Shown here one piece after another: positions 19,402 through 30,712 of a stretch of DNA of 64,000 nucleotides. How positions within the stretch are numbered: the stretch's first letter is position 1; each line of letters begins with the position of its first letter. The translations under genes and the position numbers were made by a program. The stretch spans positions 864,001 to 928,000 of the forward strand of contig CAVOXA010000010.1 of the NCBI GenBank assembly GCA_963700285.1. Reading direction: 5' to 3'. Source of the stretch: an uncultured Chloroflexia bacterium. Lineage in GTDB: Bacteria; Chloroflexota; Anaerolineae; JAAYZQ01. The notes under the pieces were generated by a model. The model did not search any database. It was not told the DNA's origin and saw only the letters and a list, made by a program, of their open reading frames with translations.

Positions 19402-20733
19402 CTAGGTTGGCAGCTCCCAGCCGCGCGGACCGGTGCTGCTGGCCAGCGCGCTGTCGAGGACGATCTGTCCCTGGTTCGCGACGAGCTTGCCGTCGCGAAA
19501 GACCATGGCCACCTTCCGCAGGGAGTGGATATCGGCCAGGGGATCTCCATCCAAGAGGATCAGATCGGCGCGTAGCCCCTCTTTGACCGCGCCGATCTCT
19601 CTGTCCAGGCGCAGGGCCTGAGCTGCCCGCTCTGTGACCATGCTGATAGCCTCCAGCGGCGTGAACTCTGCCCAGCGTACCATGATCTCTATGGCGCGGG
19701 CCATCTCCTCAAAGCCAGGCCAGAGGTCAGTACCAGGCCAGGGACCAAAGGCCGCGTCTGTGCCCAGGAACAGGCTGACCCCCTGCTCTCGCATGTAGTG
19801 TAGGAACGGCCAACGTACCTGGAGCATCTTTAGCCACCATTCCTCTTCGGCAGAGCGCCCTTGGCCATGCTCATCTGGGAATAGGTAGGGCCGGGGGATG
19901 ATGGCGTGGTCGACGCGAACATCGTTGGCCACCATGAATTCAACCGCCTTTTTGTCAGGCACGGTCGATCTGGCATCACGGCCGATCCAGGAACAGTGTT
20001 CGATGGTATCCACTCCCACCTCGGCGGCGAGCCGAATGCTGTCGGTGGAGATGGCGTGCACGGCCACCTGCAAACCCAGGCGGTGGGCGTCATCGACGGC
20101 GGCGTCCAACTCCTGGGCCGTGTATTGGGATCGGGAAATGTTTGTTCCTGGCGTCGTGGTTCCACCGCTGAGGATAATCTTGATAAAGTCAACGCCTTTG
20201 CTGGCCAGGGTTCGTACGGCTTTGACGATTTCTATGGCGCTGTCCACCCCCCAGTCGGTATAGATGTGCCCGCCGGTGGTTGTGATGGGACGGCCGCTGG
20301 CCAGGATACGCGGCCCGACAAAGTTGCCCGTGTCGATCATGTCGCGCAGAGCCAGTATCGAAAAGTCGTCGGCGCCACAGTCCCGCAGCGTCGTCACCCC
20401 GGCGGCCAGGGCGGTCTGGGCATAGTGGCCAGCGCGTACCAACTGGCGTTCCAATCCCTGGGCTGAGACCAGGTGCTGCCCGACTGAGCGAGGGGCATAG
20501 AGCAGTTTGTCCCAAGCGAGGTGTACGTGGCTGTCGATCAGCCCGGGCATCAGCGTCAAGCCACCGGCTTGCAGGCTGGGGATCCCATGGGGAACGGATA
20601 TTTGGTCCGATGGTCCGGCCGCCGCGATCCGGCCGGACAGATCCACGAGAACGGTGCCGGAAGGGATAGGTTTGGAACCCGTGCCATCCAATAGCTGGGC
20701 GCCTGTAATGGCAAGCTTGAGGGTCGTCTCCAT
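19402..20733 (-). CDS. Metal-dependent amidohydrolase family protein
   Basis: PGLIDSHVH, GVTTLRD, FIKI, AVHA, IEHC, GTDA, ADLILLDGDPL. Confidence 0.92.
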   Translation of the reverse strand: METTLKLAITGAQLLDGTGSKPIPSGTVLVDLSGRIAAAGPSDQISVPHGIPSLQAGGLTLMPGLIDSHVHLAWDKLLYAPRSVGQHLVSAQGLERQLVRAGHYAQTALAAGVTTLRDCGADDFSILALRDMIDTGNFVGPRILASGRPITTTGGHIYTDWGVDSAIEIVKAVRTLASKGVDFIKIILSGGTTTPGTNISRSQYTAQELDAAVDDAHRLGLQVAVHAISTDSIRLAAEVGVDTIEHCSWIGRDARSTVPDKKAVEFMVANDVRVDHAIIPRPYLFPDEHGQGRSAEEEWWLKMLQVRWPFLHYMREQGVSLFLGTDAAFGPWPGTDLWPGFEEMARAIEIMVRWAEFTPLEAISMVTERAAQALRLDREIGAVKEGLRADLILLDGDPLADIHSLRKVAMVFRDGKLVANQGQIVLDSALASSTGPRGWELPT

Positions 20734-20760
20734 GTGTCTCCCCGCTTTGAGGCAATGGTC

Positions 20761-20803
20761 TGTAACCGTTTACAATTGTACTTGTTACCCTGTCTGGTGT
20801 CAA
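20761..20803 (-). promoter_or_regulatory. sigma70 promoter TTGACA-N17-TACAAT followed by LacI-type operator
   Basis: -35 at 20798-20803, -10 at 20775-20780; palindrome TGTAACCGTTTACA at 20761-20774. Confidence 0.82.
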
Positions 20804-20850
20804 GCTGCCTTGTGCATGGGGCGCCTTTGGTTTAGGAGGTTTCTGGCTGG

Positions 20851-22636
20851 CTAAAAGGCGCTGTAGAGCAACCCGCCGTAGACGGCCATGGTCAGAAAGC
20901 TATCAACGAGGGCATAGCTGATCACGAAAACCAAAGCCGAGTTGCTGTGGGTGCGTTTTATCACGTACCAAGCTGCGGCGAGGCCGAGTAGGGCGATGAG
21001 AACCGGCACCGCAAACTGGAGCACGACCCCCAGCCCCGAGGGAATGATCGGGATCCAACCGGAAAAGGGGACATAGCTGCCTGCTTGAGCAAAGGTGACC
21101 AGTTTGCCCCCCCAGTAGGCGATCAGGGCCAGGGCGATGCTGAGGAGCGACGCGCGGCTGGTGATTGTTTCACTCCCCCGCCGGAATACCCAGGTCGCCG
21201 CCAACAGCAGGAAGGGAAGGACGAGCCACAGTAGCATGGCAACGGGAAAGAATACCGCACCCGTCAGCAGGCCAAAGAAGGTGTTGGTGACCATGCGGCC
21301 AGTGTCCCCGCGGGTCAGGGGACTCAGAACCTGGCGGATGTCATCGGCGGTGCTGGCAAAATAGATCTGGTAGCCGGGCATCTCTTCTCTACGCTCTATC
21401 CAGGTGGCATAGAGGTACCCTGTACCGTCACTGGTGATGGCGGGCGACTGCGAGAACTTGGGATTGAAGCTGAGGAGTTGATAGGTCGTTGGCGTACCAT
21501 TCTGCATGAACAGGGTACCTATCTGACCCACGGCGGGCTCACGCTGGTACCGGAGGTCAGCCCGAATCGCCAGCACTAATTCCCCTGCACGGGTCGGGTT
21601 GATCCATATCTCCGAGGAAGGCACGGTCCGTGGATACTCGCCTGTTGCCAAGCGTACGCGCTGCCCGGCTGCCAGGGTGCCATCAGGGAATGGCTCGTAA
21701 AGGAGATTCTCCGTATTGGGCACAGCAATGAGCTTTGGCTCAGAGGCCAAAGCCGGCTCGTACGGGGGAAAGGACATGTACTCTGTCTGAGTCAGGTAGC
21801 CGTGCTCGTGCGATTGGAATGACTCTGTCCAAAACAAGTAGATCTGTTCGCTATCGACGCCGATCCACGGCCCCAGCAAGGTGGCATCGCGTTCCAGGAC
21901 AAGTTCGGCGACCAGGGCCTGTTGCTCTGGGCGATAGTTGCCCTCAGAATAGGCCGCGTAGTGCAGACTGGGCTGGGTCCCCAGGGGCGGATAGGTGACC
22001 CAGGTCGTGTGCAAGTCTCCATGGCTGTCTACCTGGGCCGCGAGTTGCATTCCCTCCGCATCAACGAGCGTGGCCTTGGCTGTGGGATCCTGGAGGGGTT
22101 GGGTATAAACGCCAGGATCCCGCCGGGTACCACCATACCAAACAGTTGCACCCTCGGGACCAGGGGCGAAGTCGTAGCTGCCAACTGCCCGGCCCCCTGA
22201 CAAGAGGGCCGGTGCGGCTAGGCTGTTCCCGGAGGTATCAAGCTGGGCGGAATAGAGGCCGCCGTCATCGAGCCAGAAGAGATGGAGGCCCTGCTCATCC
22301 CAGAGGATCGTTGGATCCTGAGGTTCGGAGAAGGCGCCGTCGAGCGTATGATCCCAGACGACGTCTGCCGCACGGTTCAGGGCGACAATGCGGGCGCGAT
22401 GCGTGCTGCCCTTCAGCTTGAAGGGCAAAGAGATAGATCGTACCCGCGTCATCGAGGGCCAGGGCCACGGGCTGCCGGGCTGACGTGTCGCCGACCAGCT
22501 TGGCCCGGCTCCAGTCGGGGGCATTGAGCCAGAGACGGTCGACCTCACTGGTCGTGGCAGATATCGCGGCCAGGCCAAGGAACAGGATGAGGAAAAGTAT
22601 TGGACCCCACAACCACGCTTTGGATAGCAGTTTCAT
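20851..22636 (-). pseudogene. Frameshifted membrane protein (N-terminal TM, large extracellular domain, C-terminal TM cluster)
   Basis: ORFs 22295-22636 and 20851-22578 join into one frame (..LQAEGSTHRARIVALN..) if one G is removed from the run at about 22409-22411; may be a sequencing error. Confidence 0.7.
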
Positions 22637-23001
22637 CTTGAATGCCCAGTCCTCGATGACCCTTCATACCACAGAGTTGAGTTTTCAGCAAGATCCAAGC
22701 AAGCACAGTGTCGCAGGTTCGTCCAGAAACAGAGGTCCCGCCTGACACCAGTATACGAGAAAGGCCCCCAGATAGCATCGGCCATCTGGGTGATTGCACG
22801 ATTGGCCAAGTGGCCAATCTTTGAGCGACAAGTTCAACTGGATGCGAGGCTATCTTGTGCGCCGCACCACCAGAGGCAGGATAATCCTCCGCGCTTCCAC
22901 CGAGCATGGGAGGTAAGGCATAGCTTGTACCACGACGGGAGCAAAGTTACCAGGGGGAGACCGGCGCAGCGCGTAAGTGGTGCTGGGCAGCAAAAGGTTG
23001 G

Positions 23002-23223
23002 TCAGAGAAGAAAACGGCCCAATAGGGCAGCCATGCCACTCAGGGACAGTAGCAGAGCTAGGAGAACCAGGAACCACACACCTCCAGCCCGCAAACGCCC
23101 TACCGAGTGCGTTTTCTTTTCCTGCTGTACCACCTCTGCTCCCTTGAGGCATATGCCGCAGTAGCTGCAGTACAGCTTTTCCCATGGATTACGCCTATCG
23201 CACTGAGGGCACACGGACTCCAT
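23002..23223 (-). CDS. Small zinc-ribbon membrane protein
   Basis: CPQC-x10-CSYCG followed by a hydrophobic C-terminal helix; RBS AAGGAG. Confidence 0.7.
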   Translation of the reverse strand: MESVCPQCDRRNPWEKLYCSYCGICLKGAEVVQQEKKTHSVGRLRAGGVWFLVLLALLLSLSGMAALLGRFLL

Positions 23224-23480
23224 CACTCGCACTCCTTTGGTCTTGGTCATCGTTGTTGTGCAGCCATTCTGCCGAAAAGCGAAATCGAGAATCGGACAAG
23301 CTCGAGAATGCGGAATGACTGTTGTCTACCCAAAAGACCGCAGGAGCGGGCAAAAGGATACGGCCAGCGGCAGAATGTGCGGATCCTGTCCTATTTTACC
23401 AGTTTCTGGCTCTAACCGGCCATTCTGCCATCAGCCACCAGACCAGGGGGAGCGGCTGTGTGCGATGGCCATGTACGGGG

Positions 23481-24008
23481 CTACCAGTAGAGCCCAAGCA
23501 CCTCCAGGGCCTCCAGGATTGGCTCGTTGGTATTCAGCACGGGAGCGCCAGCGCGATAGTGTCCCTGGTCGCCCAGCAATACGATAGGCGGCTCGGCATG
23601 GGGGCCGGTGATGGGAAACAGCATCATGGTCGTCCGGCCCGTAGGAAACCAGGTGTGTATCTTGGCGGGGTGGGCAAAGAATACCTCCAGTGTGACGTAT
23701 TGGGTATGGGCCTTCTGGAGGGTCTCTTCTGAGAAGCCGGTGCTCGAGAGGCGGGCAAAGCCTTCGGCCAGGCTGGCTATGACGGCGGCGGCCAGCTCAT
23801 CGTAGCCGGTCTGGCCGGGCAGGTACTCGGTAGGCTGGCCAGCCTGATAGACGACCATGCGGGTGGGCTGGTCCTGGAACCCTCTCAGGAACCACTGCAG
23901 GTCGCGGCTGGTCAGGCTGACCATGAGATAGTAGGCCAATAGCACGAAACCAGCCAGGAGGAGAAACATCTGGACGGCGTTCGCGCCAGATCTTTGGCGT
24001 AGGCTCAT
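23481..24008 (-). CDS. Hypothetical membrane-anchored protein
   Basis: N-terminal hydrophobic helix; closely follows the cupin gene. Confidence 0.7.
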   Translation of the reverse strand: MSLRQRSGANAVQMFLLLAGFVLLAYYLMVSLTSRDLQWFLRGFQDQPTRMVVYQAGQPTEYLPGQTGYDELAAAVIASLAEGFARLSSTGFSEETLQKAHTQYVTLEVFFAHPAKIHTWFPTGRTTMMLFPITGPHAEPPIVLLGDQGHYRAGAPVLNTNEPILEALEVLGLYW

Positions 24009-24018
24009 CTTGGACTTG

Positions 24019-24348
24019 TCAGAATTGATAGTCCTCTCGGACAGGGCTGAAAACGTCCAACACTTTGGCCGGGGCGTTGCCCACCTTGACGCCATGCTCT
24101 ACATCACCGGGAATGATGAACGTGTCCCCAGGCTTGATCAGGTGTGATTCTCCATCGATGGTAATCTCGAACTCGCCAGAAATGACGTGTCCCACCTGCT
24201 CGTGGGGGTGGCTGTGCAGGGGCAGCACCGCGTTGGGCTCCAGGTCGGCGATGGACACCAGCATCTCGTTGCCCCAAAAGGTGCGAAGGTGCACGCCGGG
24301 GACAACCTCTACGGCTTCTCTGTCTTCTAGATCACAGAAGTATCGCAT
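24019..24348 (-). CDS. Cupin domain protein
   Basis: HSHPHEQ...G and PGD...IPGDVEH cupin motifs; RBS GGAGG. Confidence 0.92.
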   Translation of the reverse strand: MRYFCDLEDREAVEVVPGVHLRTFWGNEMLVSIADLEPNAVLPLHSHPHEQVGHVISGEFEITIDGESHLIKPGDTFIIPGDVEHGVKVGNAPAKVLDVFSPVREDYQF

Positions 24349-24371
24349 CTGTCCTCCGTTGAAAATTCTGA

Positions 24372-24440
24372 ACCACAGAGACGCAGAGAGCACAGAGATG
24401 ATTGGATCTACTCAGGTCTCTGTCTTTTGGGTCTCTGGTG
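24372..24440. repeat. Degenerate REP-like palindromic element
   Basis: ACCACAGAGACGCAGAGAGCACAGAG ... CTCTGTCTTTTGGGTCTCTGGTG imperfect inverted repeat built from CAGAG units. Confidence 0.5.
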
Positions 24441-24453
24441 AAACCCTGCCGGA

Positions 24454-24918
24454 TTAGTCCTCTGCCAGAATACGGCCGGCTCGTTTCATCCGGTTCAGCG
24501 TGACAAACATGGCCCCCAGGGCGGTTATGAAGGCCAGAGCGATTTTGGTGACATCCACCACCGGCTGAACCTCCACTCCTTCTGGGCCAATGCTGATGGC
24601 GGCCACCGGACGGCTGCCGGAGAAACCCCCGCCCCCACCACCACCGCCTGCGCCGGCGTCTGCTTCCTCCACCTCGCCTGCGTCGCCTTCCTCTTCGGTG
24701 CTCGCTGCCTCGGTACTGGTACCCGTACCACCGCCAAAGCCGTAGCCCATCCCAACTCCGACTTCCGAGGCGGTGATGACCGTGTATTCGCCAGCAGTGA
24801 CGGGCTCGCCATAGACCGCGCCCGGCTGTGCCACCTCGAACAGCTTCTCTACCACAGCTGCGGCATCCTTCTGACCCTCTAACAGGGATACTGCAATTCC
24901 ACCCAAGTCCACACTCAT
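24454..24918 (-). CDS. GerW/YtfJ family protein
   Basis: VYGEPV...TVITASEV.VG.GYGFGGG ... GGGGGGG..RPVAAI ... V.PVVD. Confidence 0.8.
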   Translation of the reverse strand: MSVDLGGIAVSLLEGQKDAAAVVEKLFEVAQPGAVYGEPVTAGEYTVITASEVGVGMGYGFGGGTGTSTEAASTEEEGDAGEVEEADAGAGGGGGGGGFSGSRPVAAISIGPEGVEVQPVVDVTKIALAFITALGAMFVTLNRMKRAGRILAED

Positions 24919-24919
24919 G

Positions 24920-25204
24920 TCACTTTCTCCTTTGGATTGCGGATAAGACAATCGTTGTGATAGCAAAGGCTGCGCCCAGGGCGAGCAGCGCCACCTGGGC
25001 CACCAGGGTAACGTCCACGATGGGGATACGCTCGCTTTCATCACCCCGTTCCACCACTACGGCTACGGGCCGGTTCCAGACAAAGCCCCCGTTGGGCCAG
25101 CGAATGGTGAGCGCCTGGGACTGGGGCGTGAGGCGGATGTCGCCGACGGTCACCGGCTCGCCCGAGCGAGTTTTCAGATCAAAGTTCCCGTTCGAATCTT
25201 GCAT
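24920..25204 (-). CDS. Small GerW-like protein
   Basis: GEPVTVG...LTP, RPVAVVV, RIPIVDVT plus C-terminal TM; RBS GGAGGTG; adjacent to the downstream GerW gene. Confidence 0.65.
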   Translation of the reverse strand: MQDSNGNFDLKTRSGEPVTVGDIRLTPQSQALTIRWPNGGFVWNRPVAVVVERGDESERIPIVDVTLVAQVALLALGAAFAITTIVLSAIQRRK

Positions 25205-25410
25205 ATCACCTCCGTTTTCGCACCTTGTACTATCTGATCTCGATAACGGGCGCTCATGCTCATTTTCGCCCTGACCGGGTCTCTGTGCCCACATGGTCTC
25301 AGATCTGTTGCTCCTTCTGCCAAGTTTCGGTAAGCGGCCTCAGCACTGACTCTGCAGATTGTGACGCCCTCTCGCCAAAGGCAGCGGTGAGGCTCGCCAC
25401 CAGGTTTTGT

Positions 25411-26143
25411 CTATCCACCGGGCTTGCATTCGCAGACAAAAGTCCACTTGGGACTGGGTGCCCCAAGTTCAACACCCACAGGCTTGCCATGTTCATCTTC
25501 ACCGGTCTTGCGAACAACGTGGACCCGCCAGTTTACCACCGACTGTCCATCCGCTTCAGGTGGGTGGAAGGGAGCTAAAAAAGCCCGGGGCTATCTCGAC
25601 GGTCGTGTCCTTGGTAAAGAGATAGTCGCCATACCAGTGCGCGTTATCCATCCGGCGGTAGGCGTCCAGGTGCAGGTGATAGTATTCGTCCTCGGCCAGT
25701 GGACCGACCGCGCGCCACTTTAGCACTATGCCGGATTTCCAGCCGACAGGGTAGCCGTCTGGCGGCCCCAAGAGTTCGGGGGATGGATACTTGAGAACGG
25801 GAGCCGGCGTGGGCTGCTGGGCTACATCCGGGGTCGCCGTGTCCACATCTGGAACAGAGGTCATCGTGGCTGTAGGCGCAGGCGGCGTCGCCGTGCCCAG
25901 TTCCAGAACTGCGGCGGACGTGGAAGCAGCTGCCGGGGTTGGCGGTAGCGTCAAGGTTGGCTGCGGTATCCCCTGGTTCGTAGGGGTTGGCCCCTGCTGT
26001 TCAAGTTCAGAAGGCAAAAGAGTTTTTGTGATGAACGGATTTGCAAAGGTTAGGATAGCCAGAATGGTCGCTACGATGGTTGCCAGCGAGGACATGATCG
26101 CCAGCCTACCTCGGAATCCGAGTTTGTGGGCGCCGTTGCTCAT
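25411..26143 (-). pseudogene. Frameshifted membrane-anchored Pro/Thr-linker protein with C-terminal beta-sandwich domain
   Basis: ORF 25556-26143 continues as FLAPFHPPEADGQSVVNWRVHVVRKTG...KWTFVCECKPGG* (stop at 25411) if one base is removed from the six-base run at 25577-25582. Confidence 0.7.
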
Positions 26144-26278
26144 TCTCCTTCCTCCATGTTCAGTTGGCTCGGTAAGAGCCCTGACGCTTCTAACTGGTGA
26201 GTAGGATTATACCATGATTGGGGAAAGAGGACAAAGGAAGATGAGGAGCCTGGCCCTTGTTTATGATAATCGAAAAGA

Positions 26279-27774
26279 GGTTCTTCCGCAATTTTCGTGA
26301 AATTGCGGTCTGCAGTGTGCGAGTATAATAGGGACTTTACCAAACAGGAGGAAAGTCCCTATGCTTGCCCAAGTGCTCTTGCCGTGCTCGACCAATCTGG
26401 AGCTTGACGAAGCAGTTGTTGAGGATGAAGTGATCACCGTAACGGTCAACTCGCAGCGGACAGACGCAGGCTGTCGGACATGCTATCAATCGTCTGCGCG
26501 GGTACAGAGCCGCTATTGGCGAATAGTGGCCGATTTATCGTGTGCCGAACGCAGTGTTCGACTTCTCACCTGCGGGTCCGTCGCTTCTTCTGTGACAATG
26601 CAGTGTGCAAACGCAAGACCTTTGCCGAAAGGTTTCCAGGAATCGTTGCACCCTATTCCCGGCGAACCAGTCGCCTGGCTGCCACACGGCGTCGGGTGGG
26701 CTTGGCGATTGGCGGTGAAGCTGGAGTGCGAGTCCTGATCGAAGTGGCGATGCCGACCAGTGGCGATACGCTTCTGCGACTGATTCGCGACGCTCCCCAA
26801 GAGGAAACTGCTACACCCCGAGTTCTGGGAGTTGACAATTGGGCCTGGTGCAAAGGACAGCGTTACGGTACCATTCTCGTTGACCTTGAGCGTCGCTGTG
26901 TCATCGACTTGCTCCCAGATCGCAAGGCAGAAACCCTGGCAGATTGGCTTCGAGATCATCCGGGCATCGAGATCATCAGCCGCGACCGGGCAGGCGCGTA
27001 CATCAAGGGCATCAATCAAGGTGCTCCCGATGCAATCCAGGTCGCTGATCGCTGGCATCTACTGCAAAACTTGACGCTCTCATACGCGTTCTTGAGCAGA
27101 ATCGAGCCTGCTTGCATGCTGCGGCAACTGAACCCAATGATGAACGCGAGCCCGAATCACAGCCTGAAATAAGTATGCGTGAAGAGAAAGAAGATCATTC
27201 ACTGCTGACCAAGTTAGAACAAAGACAACAAGGATACTCGCACTCGCGTCCATTGGTCAGCCGTTGGGCGGCGCAGATGCGCAAGCAGGAGCCTACGCTC
27301 TCGGCAGATGCTCAAGTGCATGTCAAACCGAAAAGGCAGGTGAAACGACCCTGCTCGGCACGGTACGCCGTTTGGTTGCTTTGCGGCCAGCCAGAAACGT
27401 TGTCAGACGAGAAGCCGCCCTGGAGCGCATGCTGAGTGTCAGCCCCACAATTCGGCGAGTCTACAACTTTGCACAAGCATTCACTCGAATTGTCCGCGAC
27501 CGCTATTATGCCAAGTCCATGGAACCTTGGTTGACCGCTGTGATCGAGTCCAGGATTCCAGAACTGAATGGCTTTGCCCGAAGCCTCAGTCGAGACAAAG
27601 ATGCGGTTCTCGCTGCTTTGTCATTGCCTTGGAGCAACGGGCAGGTTGAAGGACAAGTCAACCGTCTGAAACTGATCAAACGTCAGATGTACGGGCGGGC
27701 CAAGTTCGATCTGCTCCGCTTGCGGGTCTTGGCCCACTCATGATCGTAGCTTTCACGGAAATTGCGGAAGAGCC
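26279..27774 (+). mobile_element. ISL3 family insertion sequence (decayed)
   Basis: 24-bp terminal inverted repeats GGTTCTTCCGCAATTTTCGTGAAA / GGCTCTTCCGCAATTTCCGTGAAA (22/24 identical) enclosing transposase fragments. Confidence 0.9.
26361..27743 (+). pseudogene. ISL3 transposase, split over several frames
   Basis: Fragments with zinc finger, [52 protein letters not shown]; shorter than a complete copy. Confidence 0.9.
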
Positions 27775-27783
27775 TGTTTTCAG

Positions 27784-27812
27784 TTGACAAGAACACGATT
27801 CTACAGTAGAAT
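27784..27812 (+). promoter_or_regulatory. sigma70 promoter TTGACA-N17-TAGAAT
   Basis: Near-consensus boxes with 17-bp spacer, just outside the ISL3 right end and upstream of gene 27867. Confidence 0.75.
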
Positions 27813-27866
27813 TTAGGATAATCGTCTAATACGGAAGCATTCAGAGAATTGAAAGGAGGTTCGGTC

Positions 27867-28115
27867 ATGGGTTTTATCAAGCGGTTGGCTTTCTACTGGG
27901 GGTTTGCCCTGGGCCTTGTCACTTTGGCCGCGGTTGGAATCGTTGCCCTCACCTATCTGTTCACAGGCAAGTTTCCCTCAGTCGACATGGACGAGGGCGA
28001 ACCCAAGGTACTGCTAATGACACCCGACGAAGTGGTGGTCATGGTCCGCGAGCAAGTAGCAAAGGCAAAAGCAGCCCAGCAGGCCGAGGATGGAGGAGGT
28101 GAGTCCGATGAGTAG
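27867..28115 (+). CDS. Small hypothetical membrane protein
   Basis: RBS AAGGAGGT; hydrophobic helix; overlaps the next gene. Confidence 0.75.
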   Translation: MGFIKRLAFYWGFALGLVTLAAVGIVALTYLFTGKFPSVDMDEGEPKVLLMTPDEVVVMVREQVAKAKAAQQAEDGGGESDE

Positions 28116-28494
28116 GGGCAACGATGCATCATTCCCGTTCCTGAGTGCCATCTGGGACATTCTTGGTACCCTGTGCAACTTTGTTTCGGGCTTTGTGTTG
28201 GGGCTGGCAGCGCCGCTGGCAGCGATAGTTGCCATCGTGGCGGGTGTTCGCTACCTGACAGGCCAGGTGCCGTTTTTTGGTGACTTTTTGGAGGATCCGG
28301 AGGGCGGGCGGCAGTTATCCCTGCAACTGATGTCCACCGATCAGGCCAAAGTAGCCTTTGATGGGCACAAGGAGCAGATAGGCGGCGACCTAGCCAGGAT
28401 GAAAGAGGAAATTCAGCTCATCATCCAGGACGCCAGGGCCGGAACCGAGGCCTCTGTTCCCGAGGAGGAAGTGGTGGTGTCCGACGAGGCCTAG
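28108..28494 (+). CDS. Hypothetical membrane protein, apparently related to the upstream gene
   Basis: RBS GGAGGTGA; shared pattern TM-YLxTGxxP...LMxxD with 27867-28115. Confidence 0.7.
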   Translation: MSRGNDASFPFLSAIWDILGTLCNFVSGFVLGLAAPLAAIVAIVAGVRYLTGQVPFFGDFLEDPEGGRQLSLQLMSTDQAKVAFDGHKEQIGGDLARMKEEIQLIIQDARAGTEASVPEEEVVVSDEA

Positions 28495-28522
28495 CCTGTA
28501 CCCCCAGATCGGTGGTAACCCG

Positions 28523-28551
28523 CACGCCCCTTGACCTTGACGAGGGGCGTG
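28523..28551 (+). terminator. Putative hairpin terminator
   Basis: CACGCCCCT...AGGGGCGTG inverted repeat after the stop codon; weak U tract. Confidence 0.5.
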
Positions 28552-28632
28552 TTGCTGTATGCAAAAGGCTGCCCTGATCGCGCGCACACCTGTACGGTTG
28601 GGGGAACATGGGTTCTGATCTCGTGGATCTCG

Positions 28633-30652
<2,020 letters not shown>

Positions 30653-30673
30653 GCTGGTATCTGGAATCGCAGG

Positions 30674-30710
30674 GCGAGCGGGCTAAAGTGTTTAGCTCGC
30701 TCGCTTTTTT
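30674..30710 (+). terminator. Rho-independent terminator of gyrB
   Basis: GCGAGCGGGCTAAA-gtg-TTTAGCTCGCTCGC followed by T6. Confidence 0.9.
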
Positions 30711-30712
30711 GT

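Noticed and set aside
23261-23430. Repeated CATTCTGCC motif (two direct, one inverted)
   Set aside because: Short, irregularly spaced and compatible with chance in GC-rich DNA
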